This document shows positions 1 through 8,417 of a DNA stretch of 19,196 bases, in pieces. Source of the DNA: a virus. The notes beneath the pieces were generated by a model that worked only from the letters and a program-made list of their open reading frames with translations, was not told where the DNA came from and ran no database searches. How positions within the stretch are numbered: position 1 is the first letter of the stretch; each line of letters begins with the position of its first letter. The stretch lies in UHGV virus genome UHGV-1692018; one strand, given 5' to 3'. The position numbers were made by a program, and so were the translations under genes.

Positions 1-88
1 GGACTTCGGGGGAAAAACGAGTATTTTTAGTCATCCTGTTTACCTCTTTCTCAGGAAGTTTAGTCTCCAGGATTCCCGGGGCGGTTCA
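1..88 (-). mobile_element. Terminal 88 bp of an IS3-family insertion sequence (IS629/IS1203-like), left inverted repeat plus start of orfA; the rest of the element lies outside the window
   Basis: Bases 1-88 are the exact reverse complement of 19109-19196. Read on the minus strand the segment starts TGAACCGCCCCGGGAATCCTGGAGACTAAAC and contains ATGACTAAAAATACTCGTTTTTCCCCCGAAGTCC, translating to MTKNTRFSPEV, which I recognise as the orfA N-terminus of IS629-type elements. Identity ends abruptly at 88/89. Confidence 0.85.
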
Positions 89-248
89 CATCGCCCTTTG
101 CCTCAAGTTTCATCAATAACTCCATTCGATAAGCTATCTCTGCCTGAATTGACCTATGGCATCTTTTTGCTGATTCGCGGATATGTGAATCAACCTTTTC
201 TGTAAAACGAACCTGACGCGGCTTGATGGAAGATATCTTTTCAGTCAT
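60..248 (-). CDS. Arc/Mnt-family ribbon-helix-helix repressor, C-terminus altered by IS insertion (last ~9 residues IS-encoded)
   Basis: 62-aa ORF with AGGAG 7 nt upstream of the ATG. The stretch RQVRFTEKVDSHIRESAKRCHRSIQAEIAYRMELLMK aligns by eye with P22 Arc FNLRWPREVLDLVRKVAEENGRSVNSEIYQRVMESFKK. Codon 54 spans the phage/IS junction at 88/89, so residues 54-62 (VNRPGNPGD) and the stop are IS-encoded. Confidence 0.7.
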   Translation of the reverse strand: MTEKISSIKPRQVRFTEKVDSHIRESAKRCHRSIQAEIAYRMELLMKLEAKGDVNRPGNPGD

Positions 249-297
249 TATGCACTCCTGTTTTTAAAAAACTCATAATCTCACTTTTTGTAGTTTG

Positions 298-326
298 ATT
301 ATTCACTCACACTCAGCATGAGTCAA
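298..326 (-). promoter_or_regulatory. Candidate sigma70 promoter for the Arc-like gene (-35 TTGACT, 17-bp spacer, -10 AATAAT) overlapping ACTCA-type repeats
   Basis: Minus strand reads TTGACT (321-326), a 17-nt spacer, then AATAAT (298-303). The spacer and -35 overlap the imperfect palindrome ACTCAgcaTGAGT (311-323) and the tandem CACTCACACTCA. Confidence 0.4.
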
Positions 327-347
327 TGAATTTTTTATGGTGAACTA

Positions 348-989
348 ATGAATTTTGACGATCAATTCCCATCAAGAGTATCTCTGGCAAGACAGTCCAG
401 GGGTATGACGCAGGCGCAGTTGTCAAAATTAGCTGGTGTTGTTCAACGTCAAATAGCTGCATACGAGGGTGGTGAGGCTAAACCACGGCTTCGGGTATTG
501 CAGGCATTAGCCAACGCATTAGGTACTACAGCTGAGTGGTTAGCTCTAGGTGAAGGTCAGGGTCCGGGAACAAAAAACGTCATGCCTGACGTTCTGGTAA
601 AGCAAATACCAATCCTCAAACTAGATGAAGTTATGCATTACCTAAACACAGGTGAACATTCATCGTCTAGATTTCATCCGGCAATATACAATGTTGGTGA
701 CTCTGCATTTGCATTGACTATTGAAGGTGAAGCTATGACTACAAGTTCAGGTATTAGCTTTCCCAGAGGATCGGTTGTCACGTTCAGCCCTCTAGTAAAA
801 GCTAAAAGCAAAGATTATGTAATAGCATCATTGGATAAAGAGCAAATATTGAGCTTCAAACAGGTTTACATTGGTGAAATAGAGACAAACCTAGTATCCC
901 TAAACCCAATGTATCCTAATATTCTTGTTAGAAATGAAGATGTTAGTATTTTGGCAACCGCAGTTTACCTTGAAATCCCGTTGCTTTGA
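348..989 (+). CDS. Lambda-CI-like repressor: N-terminal XRE-type HTH plus C-terminal S24 (LexA/CI) peptidase-like domain with apparent Ser-to-Ala at the catalytic position
   Basis: 213 aa. N-terminus SRVSLARQSRGMTQAQLSKLAGVVQRQIAAYEGG resembles the 434/lambda repressor HTH. C-terminus DSAFALTIEGEAMTTSSGISFPRG ... SFKQVYIGE ... LNPMYPNI aligns with lambda CI [26 protein letters not shown] ... FKKLIRDSG ... LNPQYP; the GNSM motif appears as GEAM. Confidence 0.8.
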   Translation: MNFDDQFPSRVSLARQSRGMTQAQLSKLAGVVQRQIAAYEGGEAKPRLRVLQALANALGTTAEWLALGEGQGPGTKNVMPDVLVKQIPILKLDEVMHYLNTGEHSSSRFHPAIYNVGDSAFALTIEGEAMTTSSGISFPRGSVVTFSPLVKAKSKDYVIASLDKEQILSFKQVYIGEIETNLVSLNPMYPNILVRNEDVSILATAVYLEIPLL

Positions 990-1049
990 TATCCTTTAGG
1001 AAGCGACACATTATCATCTGGTATCCTGCTCAAAACTAAGGAGGTTGGT

Positions 1050-1238
1050 GTGAAGAAAAAATTTGTAAACGTTGCAAAGTGCGCAATTTTTATATTTTTT
1101 ATGACCTTTTACGGATTTAGTGCCGGAGAAGGTTTCGATCGTGATGCCAATGCATTCAGTTTCTTTTGTCTGTCTATAGTGGTCATAATTGTATGGGTGG
1201 AATTAAAGCAAACATTGTTTCATGTGCTAAGGAAATAA
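1050..1238 (+). CDS. Small hydrophobic protein (62 aa, two predicted hydrophobic segments), function unknown; candidate superinfection-exclusion or membrane-acting protein
   Basis: GTG start preceded by AAGGAGG at about 6 nt. Sequence MKKKFVNVAKCAIFIFFMTFYGFSA...FSFFCLSIVVIIVWV has two hydrophobic stretches. Sits in an AT-rich stretch directly downstream of the CI-like gene on the same strand. Confidence 0.5.
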   Translation: MKKKFVNVAKCAIFIFFMTFYGFSAGEGFDRDANAFSFFCLSIVVIIVWVELKQTLFHVLRK

Positions 1239-1255
1239 CCATCCATGGCATTTAG

Positions 1256-3085
1256 TCACTGCTGTGTTGCCTCAGTGGCAAGCAGCGGTCTGATGGCATT
1301 TGCAGCGTTACTTAATGCTCTTTCATAGGCTGGCGTTCCTGCTTTGGTGTTTGCCAAACGTAAGAGAGCATTCCTTGCTGCTTTTGACTCATACAAGCGC
1401 ATCATTGCACCGAAACCAGCCTCAAGCCCCATTGATACGCCAAGAGTCGCAGTTGCGCCAATCGTCCTTATCCTGTTGGCTTGCGATTGTCCTGTCTGTG
1501 TTACTACATTTGCGGCGTCCGACCTTGCTGTTTGCTGTAGAACTTCATGAAGAGCATCAAGCTCTTTCATGTGTCTCCCACTGAATATCGTGTTATAGAT
1601 CTGACCGTCAGATTGCGACTTCAACTTATTTAACTCGGTAAGAAATTTTGTTGGCGAGTCTCCTGCTTTTTCTGCAATCTTGCTGATATAAGCAGCACGC
1701 ATAGCGTTCTTTCCATCTTCACTAAGAGCTGGCCATATCCTCTTAATATCTGATGGTTTTCTGCTGAATACAACACTGTTTATTAGCTCTGGAGTAAACT
1801 CTTTTTTAGCTTTGTTGAGATTATTCGCAATCCTTTTATTAAGAACCTTATTGAAGACGTTAGAGTAGTCAGAGTTTGCCTTGACGTATCTGGCGGCCTC
1901 TCCAGCCCCCAAATACCGCGCTGCGTTATTCCTCAAATCTGCCCCCATTGCCCTCTCCACGGTATCAGTTGCGGCTTTCGCGCTATTAGGAAAAACCATG
2001 GCATCTCCCTGAATACTTTCCCTCAAGGCTGACCGCAACTCTCTCAATAGACCAAAATCTATATCTGGTTTAGCAAGTTCTTCTCGCAAATCGGATAACC
2101 CGCGAATCAAATCCTTATTTGCCACTTTCCCAAGCCTATTAGCTCTGGTAAGTACGTTGTCGATAACCTTAATAGATTTTGATGTGTCAACTGGTGTGTC
2201 TCCCATTTTGGCTGTAATGTCTTCAATAACGCTTCCGGCCGAATCCTTCCTTGACTTCAGAGAACCATACAGATCGTCAACAACAACTGATGGGCTATAT
2301 TCACCATATTTCTCAAGCTGTTTTTTAACTAGCTGACTTCTTTTTGCATACTGCTCAGCTCGCTTTGAGCCTGTCCCGAGCAAAGCCCCCTCGGCATCCT
2401 GAGTTAGGCCGCGAGTGAAAGCATTTTTCGGCGGGATAACATCAGATGTCATTGGTGTCACGCCCATCGATTCTGAGGTGGCAATTTTTTTCGCTACTTC
2501 TGGCGCGATATCGCCTTTTATAGCCGTTATTCCACGCCCTATTCCCTTTGCTGCTGCGGAAAGAACACCCTGAGCAGCAAGGTTAACTCCGGCGTTTATG
2601 GCTGCATTTTGCGCGAAATCGCCTTTCTGGTTTGCGGCTTCTGCCAGTGATCCAATAGCCATGCTTCCTGCAGTTCCAACTCCTGGAACTAAATACCCGC
2701 CAATTGTTTCTCCAGCTTGCGCATAAGGGTCTGTTGGTCGATCTACTGGACGATAGACATCGTCCAAAACCTTGTGACCACCAAGCCCCTGGCTGATTGC
2801 ATTAATCAGACTTGCGCCACCCTGCAATACGTCAAATGGTATGTTTACCAGACCACGACCAGCCTGTTCTGCAATTTGCCCTGCACTTTGACCACCAGTG
2901 AGCCAATCGCCAGCTTGTTGCATCAATGATGGTTCTTCCTGTGTTGGTGCATTATTGGCCTGATTAACTGTTTGTTGCTGAACAGCCTGACCAGCAAAAT
3001 ACTCATCAATGGCGGTGCCAATATCTTCGGTGCTCGTACCATCAGGAAAGGTAAATGTCTTACCGTTTGCAGTTACTTTCATCAT
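1256..3085 (-). CDS. Ejection (internal virion) protein, P22 gp16-like
   Basis: 609 aa, Ala/Gly/Gln-rich, last gene of the virion operon in the position of P22 gene 16, whose size I recall as 609 aa. Start overlaps the upstream gene's stop. Confidence 0.8.
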   Translation of the reverse strand: MMKVTANGKTFTFPDGTSTEDIGTAIDEYFAGQAVQQQTVNQANNAPTQEEPSLMQQAGDWLTGGQSAGQIAEQAGRGLVNIPFDVLQGGASLINAISQGLGGHKVLDDVYRPVDRPTDPYAQAGETIGGYLVPGVGTAGSMAIGSLAEAANQKGDFAQNAAINAGVNLAAQGVLSAAAKGIGRGITAIKGDIAPEVAKKIATSESMGVTPMTSDVIPPKNAFTRGLTQDAEGALLGTGSKRAEQYAKRSQLVKKQLEKYGEYSPSVVVDDLYGSLKSRKDSAGSVIEDITAKMGDTPVDTSKSIKVIDNVLTRANRLGKVANKDLIRGLSDLREELAKPDIDFGLLRELRSALRESIQGDAMVFPNSAKAATDTVERAMGADLRNNAARYLGAGEAARYVKANSDYSNVFNKVLNKRIANNLNKAKKEFTPELINSVVFSRKPSDIKRIWPALSEDGKNAMRAAYISKIAEKAGDSPTKFLTELNKLKSQSDGQIYNTIFSGRHMKELDALHEVLQQTARSDAANVVTQTGQSQANRIRTIGATATLGVSMGLEAGFGAMMRLYESKAARNALLRLANTKAGTPAYERALSNAANAIRPLLATEATQQ

Positions 3086-4461
3086 TCCACCGTAAATTGA
3101 ATGCCTGATTTTGACGTGTAGCTACCTCCTGCTGATTGCTGAGTAGCTGGCTGTTGCCTTGATGATTTCTTCCCGCCATTACCGACATTAACGTTATATT
3201 GCTGGTTGTAATTGTCGGTATATTGCTGAATGTCGCGCATTGATTGTTGTAGTGCTTCAGGGCTTGAGAAATCAACCTGTGGCATACCTTGAAAATACAT
3301 CTTTGCTTCTGCAACGGTGTTGATACCAGATGCCCCCATGTCTCTGGCTGCTGCAATGCCCTGATTCTGCATCTTTCCTTGGATTCGCTGTGCAGCGTTG
3401 TATAGTTTCCTCTGATCACCACCAGAGGCACGGCTACGAATATCTGCACCAAGAGCAGGAGAACCTGAAGAGCCTGTAATGCCAGTCATGAAGCCAAGAT
3501 CGTCAATTGATGCGCCAGAAATTGCATCAAGATCTTTCTTCATTGCGTAATTCTGCGCGCTTGCTGCCGACGTGGCCGGAGCAGCAATAGAGCCAGCAGG
3601 AACGCGAACCATGTTCCCCTCATTGTCTATTCCTTCGTAGAACGCGTTAGCACCTGCACCATGAAGCTTCCCGCCTACGGTTACAGTTCTTCCGTCTGCT
3701 AGTTGAACTGTGCGCTCATTATTACCAACAGCCCCTTTCATTGATGCTCTCTGCATCGCTAAATCCTGACCTCTCCGTGCAGTAGCAGCAGATAAATCCT
3801 GACCGCGCATCGTGATATCCTGACCACGAGCAGTTAACTGATTTCTTTCTCCTTCAAGTCGACGCCCCTCCATTCGATCTTTGATATCGAAGTACTTCTC
3901 ATGACCGAGAGAAAATAGTGCCAGATTACCTGTGAAGTGCTGGAAGCCCTGCGGGTCATTAACCTGCATTTCCGCAATAGTTTCTGGAGGGATACCTAAA
4001 CGACGCATCTCCTTTTCGTTATCCATCATGAACCTGCCAAATGCACCCGGACCAAGCGACGAAGCGACCTGAGCCTTAAGCGCCAGATTGCCAAAATCAT
4101 TCCGCTGGGCGTCATCGACATACCCCATGCCTTTACGAACTTCCTCAAACTCTTCGGGGAATGCTGTAATAAGATTACGCATCTGCTCCCTGTCGCCGGA
4201 CGCATAAGCATCCGCATAACCTTTCTGGAATGCCGCTTTACGTTCCTGCTGTTGCTGCTGCTTATAAATATCAGCAACTCCAGCCAGACCACGTAACGCG
4301 GTCAGACCAACGTTATTTGCACCTGATCGAGCCAGTTCATTGTTTTCGCGAATCAGACCAAGCGTTGCATTAATGTCGCTTGCCTTTGGCGCATTCTCGT
4401 TTTGCGCACCAATTCCAGCCAGAAAACCACCAGAATTAATACCCTGTTGCCACGTAGCCAT
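3082..4461 (-). CDS. Ejection protein, P22 gp20-like
   Basis: 459 aa in the gp20 position (P22 gp20 about 471 aa from memory); low-complexity Gly/Ala/Gln-rich composition typical of podovirus ejection proteins. Confidence 0.75.
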   Translation of the reverse strand: MATWQQGINSGGFLAGIGAQNENAPKASDINATLGLIRENNELARSGANNVGLTALRGLAGVADIYKQQQQQERKAAFQKGYADAYASGDREQMRNLITAFPEEFEEVRKGMGYVDDAQRNDFGNLALKAQVASSLGPGAFGRFMMDNEKEMRRLGIPPETIAEMQVNDPQGFQHFTGNLALFSLGHEKYFDIKDRMEGRRLEGERNQLTARGQDITMRGQDLSAATARRGQDLAMQRASMKGAVGNNERTVQLADGRTVTVGGKLHGAGANAFYEGIDNEGNMVRVPAGSIAAPATSAASAQNYAMKKDLDAISGASIDDLGFMTGITGSSGSPALGADIRSRASGGDQRKLYNAAQRIQGKMQNQGIAAARDMGASGINTVAEAKMYFQGMPQVDFSSPEALQQSMRDIQQYTDNYNQQYNVNVGNGGKKSSRQQPATQQSAGGSYTSKSGIQFTVE

Positions 4462-4471
4462 TGATTACCCC

Positions 4472-5161
4472 TTAAAACAACGAGCCAAGCAGACCAAGAC
4501 CAGCACCGATACCAGCACCCCACGGAGTTGATAGCTCGAGAGCACTGGCTATGCCACCACCCAAAAGCGCACCGGATGCAGCACCACTAACACCCTGCCG
4601 CAATGCTGACGGTCGGTTGGCGTTTGCCGCTGCAAGAGCCGCGCTTTGCTGTGAAATCTGACTCATGTTGTTGGCATATGTTTGCCCGGCGTTTGCCTGT
4701 CCCTGAAGAGCGCCAAGACCGATATTTGCCAGGTTGTTGTAATTGTTCATTTGTCCAGATAGCCATTGCTGACCAAGCGTTGGTGCGATTGTTGCTAACT
4801 GATTACTGGTTGCGGTGGAACCCAATCCACCTGTTGCTTCCGCTGCAGCCAGACTCTGATAGCGAGCCTGACCAGCAAGATCTTTGTACTGCTGAGAGTT
4901 GTAATACTGGTTAAGTGCCTGACCTTGCCCTTCCAGAGACGATAAGTTCTCAAGGCTGCCGACATACTTCCCAGCCAGAGGAGTAAACGGCTTCAGGTTG
5001 TTCATGATGGTATTGAACTGCTGATTTTGCAGGTCTGCGGCATACTTCTGAGCTTCTGCGGCATACTTTGCACTTTTATCAGAGCCACCTTTCCCGCCTT
5101 TTTCAGGGCAATAAGGTTCCTCGCCGCGCAGTTTTCTGCCCAGCTTAAATGCATATAACAT
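4472..5161 (-). CDS. Ejection protein, P22 gp7-like
   Basis: 229 aa, the size I recall for P22 gp7; begins MLYAFKLGRKLRGEEP; Gln/Asn/Ala-rich; Gly-rich hydrophobic C-terminus. Confidence 0.75.
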   Translation of the reverse strand: MLYAFKLGRKLRGEEPYCPEKGGKGGSDKSAKYAAEAQKYAADLQNQQFNTIMNNLKPFTPLAGKYVGSLENLSSLEGQGQALNQYYNSQQYKDLAGQARYQSLAAAEATGGLGSTATSNQLATIAPTLGQQWLSGQMNNYNNLANIGLGALQGQANAGQTYANNMSQISQQSAALAAANANRPSALRQGVSGAASGALLGGGIASALELSTPWGAGIGAGLGLLGSLF

Positions 5162-5163
5162 GG

Positions 5164-5619
5164 CTATCTCCCGTGATTCAGGAAGTCGATTAGTTCTTCG
5201 CGTGTGGCGCTGTAAAACGTCACGTCATCCACGCCTTTGAAGTATTTCTTGATGGTTCCTACACGCTTAAGGCCAATCATTGCGCAGTACATCTGCCCGT
5301 GGCGGAATTTGCGTGCAGCGAACGATGTGACGCACTGAACGGTGGTGTTAGTCAGAATGTATCGCCAGAACGCCAGCCCGATTTCCTTGCTGAATCCGCG
5401 AACCTCTGGCAGGTACATGGCGTGGCAATCGAATGTAAGCGGCTGAATCTCCTGATAGTAAACAATGCCGCCGAACTGCCCGTGCACGTTCACCTCAAAG
5501 TAACGGCAATCATGTTTATAGTCGTATCCATCACCGTTGTTGCTTCCGGCAATAATGTCAGGGTGATTTCCGACAGCTTCTATCAGGTCGATGTTTCGCG
5601 TTGGTTTGAATGTAATCAT
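5164..5619 (-). CDS. P22 gp14-like virion assembly/ejection accessory protein
   Basis: 151 aa between the needle and gp7-like genes, the position of P22 gene 14; stop/start overlap with the needle gene. Confidence 0.65.
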   Translation of the reverse strand: MITFKPTRNIDLIEAVGNHPDIIAGSNNGDGYDYKHDCRYFEVNVHGQFGGIVYYQEIQPLTFDCHAMYLPEVRGFSKEIGLAFWRYILTNTTVQCVTSFAARKFRHGQMYCAMIGLKRVGTIKKYFKGVDDVTFYSATREELIDFLNHGR

Positions 5620-6320
5620 CAGTCAATCAACCCATGTAATCTAAGTGCTGTTTCAAGCGCCAGAATACGCTGCCGCGCCTGCTCCAAACCTGTAGCGATA
5701 GCTGCGACTTCGGATTGTGTGTACGTAGTGCCGACCGTGTATGACTGGTTAGCGTTGAATGAGCCAAGAAGAGGTGTACCTGTGGCTGCAGTCCATCCGG
5801 TATTTCTTGCTCCAACAACCTGAATTCCATCAACTGAATATGATGTTTTTACATCCAGCGGTGACGCAAGAGACTGCAATTTGGTTACGGTTTTCGATAC
5901 GTAATCACTCTTAATGTCAGATACATCGCTTTCTACGCCATCCAGTCTTTGGTCAACAGTGACCAGATGCGCCTGAATATCGATAACCTCATCCAGCAAG
6001 TAATCAACATCGCTACGCAGTACGACTATCTTCCCTTCGGCGGTTGTTAACCTGACCTCAAGGAGATTTATCGCTTTTGTGTTTGCGGTGATTCTTGCAT
6101 CGTGGTCAGCCAGTTCGACATCCTGTTCATCGTTTTTCACCTGAGCATCGTAAGCGCCCTGACCAGCCTGATTTGCCTTCCCGGCAATTGCGCCGACATC
6201 AGCCCCCTGATTAATGACATACAGCAGGTAAGACTGGCTGAATATATTGCGTGGAAGGATTGATGTATCGAGCCGCGTCGCCTGCACAATAACAGGGGTG
6301 TTGAGATTCGAATCAGCCAT
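5619..6320 (-). CDS. Tail needle protein, P22 gp26-like (trimeric coiled-coil needle)
   Basis: The listed ORF (5619..6422) starts at a GTG; the likely true start is the ATG at 6318-6320 ([25 protein letters not shown]...), giving 233 aa, the P22 gp26 size as I recall it. It overlaps the gp10-like stop in a TAATG arrangement. Sequence closely resembles P22 gp26 as I recall it, including the C-terminal ...[18 protein letters not shown]. Confidence 0.9.
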   Translation of the reverse strand: MADSNLNTPVIVQATRLDTSILPRNIFSQSYLLYVINQGADVGAIAGKANQAGQGAYDAQVKNDEQDVELADHDARITANTKAINLLEVRLTTAEGKIVVLRSDVDYLLDEVIDIQAHLVTVDQRLDGVESDVSDIKSDYVSKTVTKLQSLASPLDVKTSYSVDGIQVVGARNTGWTAATGTPLLGSFNANQSYTVGTTYTQSEVAAIATGLEQARQRILALETALRLHGLID

Positions 6321-7738
6321 TACTCGATCCTTATCTGAGCGCCAGACAGAGTGACAGGTGACTTCGTGATAACGCGCAATTTGAAGCCGACATTTTTCCT
6401 GATGCGCCCTACTCGCTTCCACAAAACGCGTTTGTCGTAAACGAACGGTTCATTCTGCTCAATCATCTGCTCACGTCCGTAATTGATGCCGTCAGTGGTT
6501 GCAGAGAGGAACAGGCGGTCAGCGTACTGAGCGACACCAGTCGATGATTCAACTTCCAGATCAAAACATCTGGCGTTCTCAGCTTTGAAGATTGGTGTAA
6601 ACAACAGGTGTTCTTGCTGTAGCCCATACTGGCTGCTGATATCGAACTGCAATTTGCCGATAACCGATTCCAGCTTATCTCCGCACGTTATCTGATTGCC
6701 TTCGTAAATGAAGTCGATAGCGCGGTACACATCGTCATACAAGCCTGTTTTCAGCACACACCATTGCGGACCATTGGCGCTTGAAGATGCGTCGTACACG
6801 AGAACATGGCGCGGAAGGTGGATAATCAGCAACTCATGAGCATCAAAGCGCAGAGACTCCATCACGCCATCAGCCAGTTCATCAGCAGTGTAGGAGCGGA
6901 GGATTTTCTCAATGCTCGCGCTGGCGATTGGTGACACCTGACCGGAGCCGATGATGTACACAGACGGCGCACCTGTTGCCGGATTGCTGATGAACGCATA
7001 CGAATCAGCAAACGGCGTTTTGCAGTAGGTTCCGGCGATTCCTTTTTGCACCATCAGCGATGGCTGTGCGACATACAAAGCAGCACCAACTGTGGTTGCA
7101 CCAGTCAGGGAGAAATATTCAATCGTCGATGAGCCAAAGCAGACGATGAAGTCTCGCCATGTTCCGATGCCGATGATGCCGTCCGGCTGAGATTCTGCGC
7201 GATATTGTGCGCTGTAACGGTCAGGATGCGATTCGTCTTCAAGGTCAGTGATAAACCATGAATCAGTGCCGTCTTTTGACCACGCATAACGCCCACGCAA
7301 GCGCGTAATGTCGCGGACTGAGCCTAACTCATACTGCGTGAATCCGCTGTCTGTAGGCCAGTTTGAGACGGTTTTAACCGTGCCATCATAGCGGTATTCG
7401 ACCAGTTGACCATTAACGCCTACCGCCTGTGATGTTCGACCATGCGCCATTGATACGCGACCACTTCCGGCGACGTCACCTACTTCGCTTTCGCCTTTGT
7501 AGAGCTTGCCACCACACACGCGATAAACAGCATTCTGCGCCATGTTGTACTCGACGCCGCGAGATACACCGTTCACATCAGAGCGTTTGGCAATGCCAGG
7601 GAATGAGCGAAGATATCCGCTGCTGTTCAGGATTTCTTTGGGTGTAGCCAACATATTCATTGGCAGATAGTCGATATAGTCGGCGTTTCTAAAGTCTTTG
7701 CCGACACCTTTCATAAGCGGAAGTTGCTGAATCGGCAT
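6320..7738 (-). CDS. Tail hub / head-completion protein, P22 gp10-like
   Basis: 472 aa, the size I recall for P22 gp10; N-terminus [26 protein letters not shown] matches my recollection of P22 gp10 closely. Confidence 0.9.
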   Translation of the reverse strand: MPIQQLPLMKGVGKDFRNADYIDYLPMNMLATPKEILNSSGYLRSFPGIAKRSDVNGVSRGVEYNMAQNAVYRVCGGKLYKGESEVGDVAGSGRVSMAHGRTSQAVGVNGQLVEYRYDGTVKTVSNWPTDSGFTQYELGSVRDITRLRGRYAWSKDGTDSWFITDLEDESHPDRYSAQYRAESQPDGIIGIGTWRDFIVCFGSSTIEYFSLTGATTVGAALYVAQPSLMVQKGIAGTYCKTPFADSYAFISNPATGAPSVYIIGSGQVSPIASASIEKILRSYTADELADGVMESLRFDAHELLIIHLPRHVLVYDASSSANGPQWCVLKTGLYDDVYRAIDFIYEGNQITCGDKLESVIGKLQFDISSQYGLQQEHLLFTPIFKAENARCFDLEVESSTGVAQYADRLFLSATTDGINYGREQMIEQNEPFVYDKRVLWKRVGRIRKNVGFKLRVITKSPVTLSGAQIRIE

Positions 7739-7747
7739 TTATTCACC

Positions 7748-8209
7748 TCACGTACTCGGATCATCTTTCTCGATGTAAAACCGATTCCACGTAAACGCGC
7801 TTTTTAACCCCGCCCCGCGAGGCATGTCATTTCGTCGCTCAAGTGGTGGTATTTTGGTTAAAGCGATACAGATTGTTTGATATGCACTGTCAGCAGCGGT
7901 AAGGAGAGCGTCTGACGGCTGAATGACGTTATCCATGCACACTTGCACAGCGAGTTTCAAAGCGACGCCATCATTTGCCCATGCAGGGATACCTGAATCA
8001 TCGTCAGGTAACGGCATGATGCCGTTTTCTGTATCAGCAAACTGATATCCAAGCTCGATACCTTTAGCCTGCCATGCTGCCATCATGTCTTCGAGGTCAT
8101 TAATGGCATCTTCAATTGCCTGAGGGTCAGCATCTGTCAACGTGGCATTGGAATACAGCCCGGCTTTTCGTAAAGCCTTTAGAACGAGATCACCCTTCGT
8201 TTTCGCCAT
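7748..8209 (-). CDS. Head-to-tail adaptor protein, P22 gp4-like
   Basis: 153 aa; N-terminus MAKTKGDLVLKALRKAGLYSNATLTDADPQAIEDAINDLEDMMAAW resembles P22 gp4 as recalled; lies between the coat and gp10-like genes. Confidence 0.8.
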   Translation of the reverse strand: MAKTKGDLVLKALRKAGLYSNATLTDADPQAIEDAINDLEDMMAAWQAKGIELGYQFADTENGIMPLPDDDSGIPAWANDGVALKLAVQVCMDNVIQPSDALLTAADSAYQTICIALTKIPPLERRNDMPRGAGLKSAFTWNRFYIEKDDPST

Positions 8210-8378
8210 CTTCTTCCGCCTTAGCCACTTTTTGCTTCGTTGCGGTTTCTTCAGGAGTTTTTACCCAGCCTTTTTTCAGGTGAGATTTAACTTCTTCGTC
8301 ATCAACGATGATGTAATCCAGCGAGTGGGGGCCGCAGGTGATCATCGTTCCCGGCTTATAAAGCATGATTTGAGACAT
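8190..8378 (-). CDS. Small hypothetical protein (62 aa from the ATG at 8378)
   Basis: The listed ORF starts at a TTG at 8390 inside the terminator T-tract. GGAG followed 6 nt later by ATG at 8378 (MSQIMLYKPG...) is the more plausible start. Function unknown. Confidence 0.45.
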   Translation of the reverse strand: MSQIMLYKPGTMITCGPHSLDYIIVDDEEVKSHLKKGWVKTPEETATKQKVAKAEEDGENEG

Positions 8379-8388
8379 TTCGATCTCC

Positions 8389-8414
8389 AAAAAAAAGAGG
8401 GGCCGAAGCCCCTT
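8389..8414 (-). terminator. Intrinsic terminator / stabilising hairpin immediately after the coat gene
   Basis: Minus-strand RNA would read AGGGGC-UUCG-GCCCCU (6-bp GC stem, UUCG tetraloop) followed by eight U, starting just after the coat stop codon. Confidence 0.7.
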
Positions 8415-8417
8415 GGA

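Noticed and set aside
3060-3452. 130-aa minus-strand ORF, with similar overlapping ORFs at 4026..4292 and 11371..11637
   Set aside because: Alternate-frame ORFs nested inside the gp20-like and portal genes, with no independent support.
6321-6422. Extended 267-aa needle ORF starting at 6422
   Set aside because: That start is a GTG inside the gp10-like coding region; the ATG at 6318-6320 overlaps the gp10 stop (TAATG) and gives a 233-aa protein, the size I recall for P22 gp26.
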